A stretch of DNA of 64,000 nt from Candidatus Latescibacterota bacterium (GTDB taxonomy: Bacteria; Latescibacterota; UBA2968; UBA8231), in NCBI GenBank assembly GCA_965215195.1, contig CBDCDC010000002.1, positions 544,001 to 608,000 of the forward strand. Direction: 5' to 3'. This document shows, piece after piece, positions 58,894-64,000 of the stretch. The translations under genes were made by a program, and so were the position numbers. The stretch's first letter is position 1, and each line of letters starts with the position of its first letter. The notes under the pieces were generated by a model. That model searched no databases. It was not told the DNA's origin and saw only the letters and a list, made by a program, of their open reading frames with translations.

Positions 58894-60666
58894 CTATAAC
58901 TTCTGCAACAAACGCTCCATATCGCGCAACTTCATCCGCGCCATGATCGGCTTGTCCGTCGGGCTTATGTGCGGCCGGTCAACCTTGAGCAATTCGTCGA
59001 TCAAATGCGCCATTGCCTCGGCGTTCAGTTTCTGCCCCTTCTTGATACTCGCTTTGCGCGCATAAGCCAAGACGAGTGCTTCGCGCCAAGATCGGCCCGA
59101 ATGCTGGCCATCGCGCACGTCGTTCAATAGCTGATAAAAAGCATCGCCTTCGCCAAAGCGATCCAATTCGGCGGGCATTGCCTCCACCAACACCGTCCGC
59201 GTACCAAAATCCCGCACGCCAAAGCCCAGCTTGGCAATGTCGGCCCGCACTTGCTCGAAGACCGCAAAATCCGCTGCGCCCATTTCTAGCTGGATGGGAA
59301 AGAGCAACTGCTGACTCTCGCCAGCCACGCCGTCCATTTGCGCCATGGCCCGATCGTAGTTGATGCGCTCGTGCGCGGCCTGCTGATCGACGAAGAGCAA
59401 GCCGTCGGCAACCTCGACGAGGATGTACTGGTTGTGGACCTGCCACATCGCGGCGTTTTCGACCAAGGCGACTTTGGCCGCGGCCGGGGCGACGAAGGTC
59501 AAGGCGAGTTCGTCGTCTGCACCGTGGGTTGCTGCTACCGCGGACTCGCCAGGTGCGGCCGGGCTGTGCAACACCGGCGACGCTGGTTCGCCCACGCGGG
59601 CCGTAGCACTGGGAGGTGTGCTGTCCGGCCGCATTGGGGCCGCAGCATAGACAAAGGATTGCACATCGGGCAGCCTGAGCTTCTGCCGGACGCTGTCTTC
59701 AATGGCCGCGATGACCTGCCCTTCGTTGGCCAAGCGAATCTCCCGCTTTGTCGGATGGACATTGACATCGATCTTCTTGGGATCCATATCGATCCAGAGC
59801 ATGAATACCGGATGGTGTCCTTCGGGCAGCAGCCCCTCAAAACACCGCTGTACAGCACTGGCCATCAGTCGCGAAGAAATGGGCCGCCCCTGTACGATGA
59901 GGTACTGCTTGCCCTTGCTCCGGCCGCAGTGCTCAGGACCAGCCAAGACGCCTTCGATTTTGAGGCCCTCTTCCTCATAAGCGAGATCCAACAGTTCGGC
60001 GGCTGGATCAGCCCGGCCTCGCATGCCCAACAACTCGGCCGCCCGCTCCCGACGAGGTGCCGGGGCGTAGCTCAATACTTGGTGCGCTTGGTGCGCTAGT
60101 TCAAAGCCAAGGGCCGGGTAACCGGCGGCTAAATGAATGATGGTCTGGGCCACGTGCCGGGCTTCCGCCTCGACGGAGCGGAGGAATTTGCGCCGCGCCG
60201 GCGTATTAAAAAACAAGTTCTTTACCGCGATAGTCGTGCCGCGTACGCGGCCCATGCTGTGCATCTCTCGCTCTATGCCCCCTTCCACGACCAAGCGCGT
60301 CCCGACTTCGTCTTGCTGGGTGCGCGATTCTATCGCCAAGTGAGCCACCGCCCCAATGCTGGCTAGCGCCTCGCCGCGAAATCCCAGCGTCTGAATGCGA
60401 AATAGGTCGGCCACCGAGGCCATCTTGCTCGTGGCATGACGGCGCACACACAAAGCGATATCCTCCCTGTTCATGCCCGATCCATCGTCGGTCACCACAA
60501 TCGACTGCTTGCCACCGGCCTTAATTTCCACGCGGATTTTAGCAGCGCCCGCATCGATCGAGTTTTCGACCAATTCCTTCACGACCGAGGCCGGCCGTTC
60601 CACCACCTCGCCAGCGGCAATTTTGCCAATGAGACTTTCGTCGAGAACGCGAATGGTACTCGCCAT
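58894..60666 (-). CDS. mutL: DNA mismatch repair endonuclease MutL
   Basis: IAAGEVVERPASVVKELVENSIDA, TLGFRGEAL, DVNVHPTK, DQQAAHER; C-terminal Zn-ligand motifs diverged (ASIK, HISP). Confidence 0.97.
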   Translation of the reverse strand: MASTIRVLDESLIGKIAAGEVVERPASVVKELVENSIDAGAAKIRVEIKAGGKQSIVVTDDGSGMNREDIALCVRRHATSKMASVADLFRIQTLGFRGEALASIGAVAHLAIESRTQQDEVGTRLVVEGGIEREMHSMGRVRGTTIAVKNLFFNTPARRKFLRSVEAEARHVAQTIIHLAAGYPALGFELAHQAHQVLSYAPAPRRERAAELLGMRGRADPAAELLDLAYEEEGLKIEGVLAGPEHCGRSKGKQYLIVQGRPISSRLMASAVQRCFEGLLPEGHHPVFMLWIDMDPKKIDVNVHPTKREIRLANEGQVIAAIEDSVRQKLRLPDVQSFVYAAAPMRPDSTPPSATARVGEPASPVLHSPAAPGESAVAATHGADDELALTFVAPAAAKVALVENAAMWQVHNQYILVEVADGLLFVDQQAAHERINYDRAMAQMDGVAGESQQLLFPIQLEMGAADFAVFEQVRADIAKLGFGVRDFGTRTVLVEAMPAELDRFGEGDAFYQLLNDVRDGQHSGRSWREALVLAYARKASIKKGQKLNAEAMAHLIDELLKVDRPHISPTDKPIMARMKLRDMERLLQKL

Positions 60667-60672
60667 ATATCC

Positions 60673-61197
60673 TCACAACTCGGCCCAGAGCCGCTCGGCC
60701 TGCTGCCGGAATTCGGCTTGGGTAATTTTGCCTTGTTTGAGCGCGGTTTCCAAGTCGCGCAAGCGGCGGCGCGGCCCCCCGCCCCCTTTGAGATCCAGCC
60801 GTATTTGGGACCAGATGTGCCACCCCCCCACGCCGAGCAACAAGGCCATGAAGACCGCCCCTACCCACCACGAGGTATCTTGCTCGTGGCGCACCGCTCC
60901 CCCCTTTTGTCGCCAATCTTCGGCCACGGCTGGGTCAGGCTCGGCCAGCGCGATCCGCTTGGCCAGTGCCGCGCCGTTGGTCCCTTGGACGCGCACGGCC
61001 CTTTTGAGCTGCCAAGTAAATCCCCGGGGTTGCACGATTAGATACTCGATGAGATCGGCCTTTCTTATCTGATCGAACTGCTCCCTAGTAACCGGCACGA
61101 TCATTGGGCTGAGCATATTGAACAGCAACACGATTGCTAACAAGAAGCTCGCTAAGCCGAGAGCGAAGTATGTGGGCGGTGTGGATGACTTTTTCAT
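60673..61197 (-). CDS. Two-TM membrane protein with SHOCT-like C-terminus
   Basis: TM helices at both ends of a soluble loop; LRDLETALKQGKITQAEF. Confidence 0.7.
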   Translation of the reverse strand: MKKSSTPPTYFALGLASFLLAIVLLFNMLSPMIVPVTREQFDQIRKADLIEYLIVQPRGFTWQLKRAVRVQGTNGAALAKRIALAEPDPAVAEDWRQKGGAVRHEQDTSWWVGAVFMALLLGVGGWHIWSQIRLDLKGGGGPRRRLRDLETALKQGKITQAEFRQQAERLWAEL

Positions 61198-61201
61198 TCT
61201 T

Positions 61202-61229
61202 TGTTTACATAAAAAATTTTATTGGACAT
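61202..61229 (-). other. dif-like Xer site 3 (inverted relative to site 2)
   Basis: Minus strand ATGTCCAATAA-AATTTT-TTATGTAAACA; 24/28 identical to site 2. Confidence 0.75.
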
Positions 61230-62017
61230 TATTTTACTTGCTTGCGATTTAAGACCGCGTCTTGTCTCGCCGACGTGCGCATCCATTCCAAGAGGCGATA
61301 GCTTTCGCCCACCTGCCCCAAACCCAATAACGGCTGGGCGTGCCCTTGGATACAGGCGACGAAATTGCGATAGTACGCCGCCAGATCGTCCGCTTCCCAC
61401 GCCCAAGGCCAAGACGCATCGACTATTTCGTCCTGTGCATATGAGCGGATCCGCAAAGCCGGGGCCACAGCCGGAAAGTCGAAGAGCGCAACCGAGCCTT
61501 CGACGCCGTTGCGCATCCTCAGCAGCGCGAGCGACACATCCTCCATGCGCCCGGGATGAAAGAAGTTGCGCATCCTGCTGTACAGCACATCTACCGGCCC
61601 CCAAGTGCTCACCAGCAGGTCGCATACGTCCAAGATCGCTTGGTTGCAGATCGTCTCGCGGTCGATGGGATCGAAGGAAGCCGAATCAAAAGAAAGCTCT
61701 AAGGAGTAATGCGCTACGCCTCGTCGGGCGGCCAGAGCCGCGCAAAAGCGCGTATGCCGCCCCAAGGACAGCACACCTACATTCGGATGGCTACCCTGTA
61801 CGGGATGGGTCGCCATAACGTGCAGACCGACCGCTGTGGCCACGCCGATCCAGTGCGATTTATCGTCCACGTGTAACAGCACTAGCCCATCTATTTCTTG
61901 CTCCAAAACCGCGGCGCAGTCGGCTTGGTGTACGAGCTGGATATCGCAGCAACCCCGCAAGGCACCCCGATGGGCGGCTACCTCGCGGGCATGGCCTACC
62001 ACGCCGAGCGTCATCAT
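61229..62017 (-). CDS. Degenerate Gfo/Idh/MocA-like oxidoreductase-fold protein
   Basis: LGVVG start, GLHV...P, DLL...GPV, ED.....L....G..G, F..CI.G...P. Confidence 0.55.
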   Translation of the reverse strand: MMTLGVVGHAREVAAHRGALRGCCDIQLVHQADCAAVLEQEIDGLVLLHVDDKSHWIGVATAVGLHVMATHPVQGSHPNVGVLSLGRHTRFCAALAARRGVAHYSLELSFDSASFDPIDRETICNQAILDVCDLLVSTWGPVDVLYSRMRNFFHPGRMEDVSLALLRMRNGVEGSVALFDFPAVAPALRIRSYAQDEIVDASWPWAWEADDLAAYYRNFVACIQGHAQPLLGLGQVGESYRLLEWMRTSARQDAVLNRKQVK

Positions 62018-62952
62018 GTCTTACCCGCCTTAATCCGCTCGCGGAGCCGCTCGCTAAACGCCTGCGCTGCGTGCGCTCCCTCCAAGCGCAAGAGGTAATC
62101 CATCGCTATAGTCTCGGCGAGTACCGTGATATTTTTGCCGGGAAACAGCGGTATGAAGACCTCGGGCACCTCAACGCCGAGGATTACCACCTTATTGTCT
62201 TCGAGGCCAAGGCGTTCGTATGCGTATTTTTCGTCCCAATCAACTAGGTTGACCAATACCTCCACCCGCTTCTGTCGGCGAGTCCCCCACACGCCAAACA
62301 TCTTTTTTACGTCTAGGATGCCAATGCCGCGAATTTCGATGTGGTCTTGGAGCATCTCCGAGCTGCGCCCCACCAAAATGCCTTGGGGCTTGCGGTTGAT
62401 GATGACCATATCGTCGGCCACCAACCGATGTCCGCGCTCAACCAAATCCAAGGCGACCTCGCTTTTGCCAATGCCGCTGCGGCCGCGAAAGAGCAGCCCT
62501 ACCCCAGAGACATCGAGCAGCGTCCCATGCACGGACACTTGGGGCGCGAACACCTCGTCGAGGTAAAAGCGGATGAGATGGGTAAACTCGGCTGTGTTGA
62601 ATTCGGACTTCAGCAGTGGCACCGTGCATTCGTCGGCTAGCTGCCGCAACTCGGAGTACACGCGCCCCCGACCGGTCCAGACCACGCAGGGAATATCGAA
62701 TTGATATATGATTTTGAGGGCCTGTCGCCGTCGCTCTGAGGATAAGCTGCACAGGTACTCCGCTTCGGTATTGCCCAAGAGCTGCACTTGATCTAAGGTG
62801 AACAACTCAACGAAGCCGGTCAGGGCCAAGCCGGGGCGATGGATGTCGCTGTTGTTGATGGTCCGCTGTACCCCCTTGGCACCGGCGATGAGCTTCAGCC
62901 GCAGTTGCTGCCCGTAGGTAGCTAGCAGATCTTTGATGGCCAGTTCACTCAT
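62014..62952 (-). CDS. hprK: HPr kinase/phosphorylase
   Basis: HRPGLALTG, VHG.LLDV.GVG, G.SGIGKSE.AL.LV.RGHRLVADD, EIRGIGI. Confidence 0.97.
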   Translation of the reverse strand: MSELAIKDLLATYGQQLRLKLIAGAKGVQRTINNSDIHRPGLALTGFVELFTLDQVQLLGNTEAEYLCSLSSERRRQALKIIYQFDIPCVVWTGRGRVYSELRQLADECTVPLLKSEFNTAEFTHLIRFYLDEVFAPQVSVHGTLLDVSGVGLLFRGRSGIGKSEVALDLVERGHRLVADDMVIINRKPQGILVGRSSEMLQDHIEIRGIGILDVKKMFGVWGTRRQKRVEVLVNLVDWDEKYAYERLGLEDNKVVILGVEVPEVFIPLFPGKNITVLAETIAMDYLLRLEGAHAAQAFSERLRERIKAGKT

Positions 62953-63850
62953 CGCTGCGCAAGCTTTCGAAGATGCGCCGGTATCCTTCGTAGCGCACCG
63001 ACGCTACCCGGCCGGCCGCCACAGCCGTGCGAACCGCGCAACCGGGTTCGTGCAAGTGGCTGCAATCGCCGAATTGACACTGGCCGAGCAGAGGTTCTAG
63101 CTCGGGATAATACGTCTCTAGCTCAGCGGATTTTACTCCCCATAAGCGGAGCTCTTTAACCCCTGGCGTATCGGCCACATAGCCGCCTTGTTGCAACTTG
63201 AACAAATGCACGGCCGCGGTCGTGTGCCGGCCGCGGTCATGGCGCTTCATTATTTCCTTTGTCTTTAGTCCCAACCCCGGTTCGATGCCGTTGAGCAAGG
63301 TCGATTTGCCGACCCCAGACTGGCCGATCACGGCCGTGCTGCGATTGAGCAGGGCCTCTTTGAACGCGCCCATGCCATCGCCCCGCACGGCACTGGTGCG
63401 ATAGATTGGATAACCGAGGGCCTCGTAGGGCGCACTTAGGGTGTTCACGGCCGCTGCGGACGCTAAATCGACCTTGTTGATGCAGAGCACGGGCTGGAGA
63501 TTTCCCTTGGCGGCCATGACAATCGCTCGCTCGATAAAGCCGCGGCGGGGCCTCGGTTGGCGAGCGGCCACGACGACGACCACTTGTTCCATATTGACAA
63601 CGAGGATCTGCTCAAACGGGCGCGTCCCACTGGCCCCGCGCGAAAACTTGGAAGATCGGGGATGCACTGCTTCGATGACGCCCGTCCGTTCGGCCGTAGG
63701 CGCGACATCGACCCAGTCGCCGGCCGCGACCGGGGAACTAGTCTTGCGACATCCTGCCTTGAGGCGGCCCCTAATCTCGCATTGCCAGTGGCTTTGCTCA
63801 ACCTCGACGAGGCACTGTAGCCCAGAGACTCTGATGATGCGGCCCTGCAT
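62945..63850 (-). CDS. rsgA: Small ribosomal subunit biogenesis GTPase
   Basis: NKVD, GQSGVGKS, GRHTT, DTPG, CQFGDCSHLHEPGC. Confidence 0.96.
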   Translation of the reverse strand: MQGRIIRVSGLQCLVEVEQSHWQCEIRGRLKAGCRKTSSPVAAGDWVDVAPTAERTGVIEAVHPRSSKFSRGASGTRPFEQILVVNMEQVVVVVAARQPRPRRGFIERAIVMAAKGNLQPVLCINKVDLASAAAVNTLSAPYEALGYPIYRTSAVRGDGMGAFKEALLNRSTAVIGQSGVGKSTLLNGIEPGLGLKTKEIMKRHDRGRHTTAAVHLFKLQQGGYVADTPGVKELRLWGVKSAELETYYPELEPLLGQCQFGDCSHLHEPGCAVRTAVAAGRVASVRYEGYRRIFESLRSDE

Positions 63851-63866
63851 GTGCGCCCGCCCCGGC

Positions 63867-64000
63867 CTATTCCCCTTTGGCCAAGCGCTCGGCTAGGTAG
63901 TTGGGGTAGCCGAGGTTGTCGATCTTCTGTTGGGTCAGCTTGACTGGGTATTCGACGCGCTGGAGTTCGACCCATTGTTCGTCCGCGTCCCACAAGGTGT
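63867..64000 (-). CDS. 3' end of probable metallophosphoesterase family protein (truncated by window edge)
   Basis: ...LWDADEQWVELQRVEYPVKLTQQKIDNLGYPNYLAERLAKGE*. Confidence 0.6.
   Translation of the reverse strand, partial: TLWDADEQWVELQRVEYPVKLTQQKIDNLGYPNYLAERLAKGE

Noticed and set aside
58508-58946. ORFs 58508-58765 (-) and 58575-58946 (+)
   Set aside because: No RBS or recognisable motifs; they cross the palindrome and promoters and are likely spurious

Overview
64 kb of mostly core chromosome from a GC-rich bacterium. Lineage is an inference only: plant-type LRR lipoproteins and an AAA/PD-(D/E)XK gene suggest a host- or sponge-associated, Latescibacterota/Gemmatimonadota-like organism. 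Housekeeping content: holA, trxA, clpX/clpP, epmA, coaE, gcvT/P, gmd, hemL, murQ, valS, an NFACT/RqcH gene, miaA, tRNA-Gly(CCC), der, rimP-nusA-infB-rbfA-truB-rpsO-pnp, asnS, leuS, mutL, hprK, rsgA. Accessory content: a small islet at 23.7-27.5 kb (AAA-nuclease, XRE regulator, MITE, eroded TA pair) and two tandem dockerin-like/LRR lipoprotein genes. The most striking structure is at 54.5-61.2 kb, where gene orientation and apparent GC skew switch (probable replication terminus). Three 28-bp Xer/dif-like sites lie in intergenic gaps (54519, 57443, 61202). Two share an identical spacer and are inverted around a 3.8-kb module carrying a non-XerC/D tyrosine recombinase, mutL and a membrane protein. 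A perfect 15-6-15 palindromic crossover-like site overlaps the recombinase's own promoter. Also notable: rimP has no canonical start codon (probable ATT), RibF is reduced to a kinase-only gene with an archaeal-type RibL elsewhere, and the LRR arrays look combinatorially shuffled. All calls come from reading the sequence and ORF track; no searches or computations were run.
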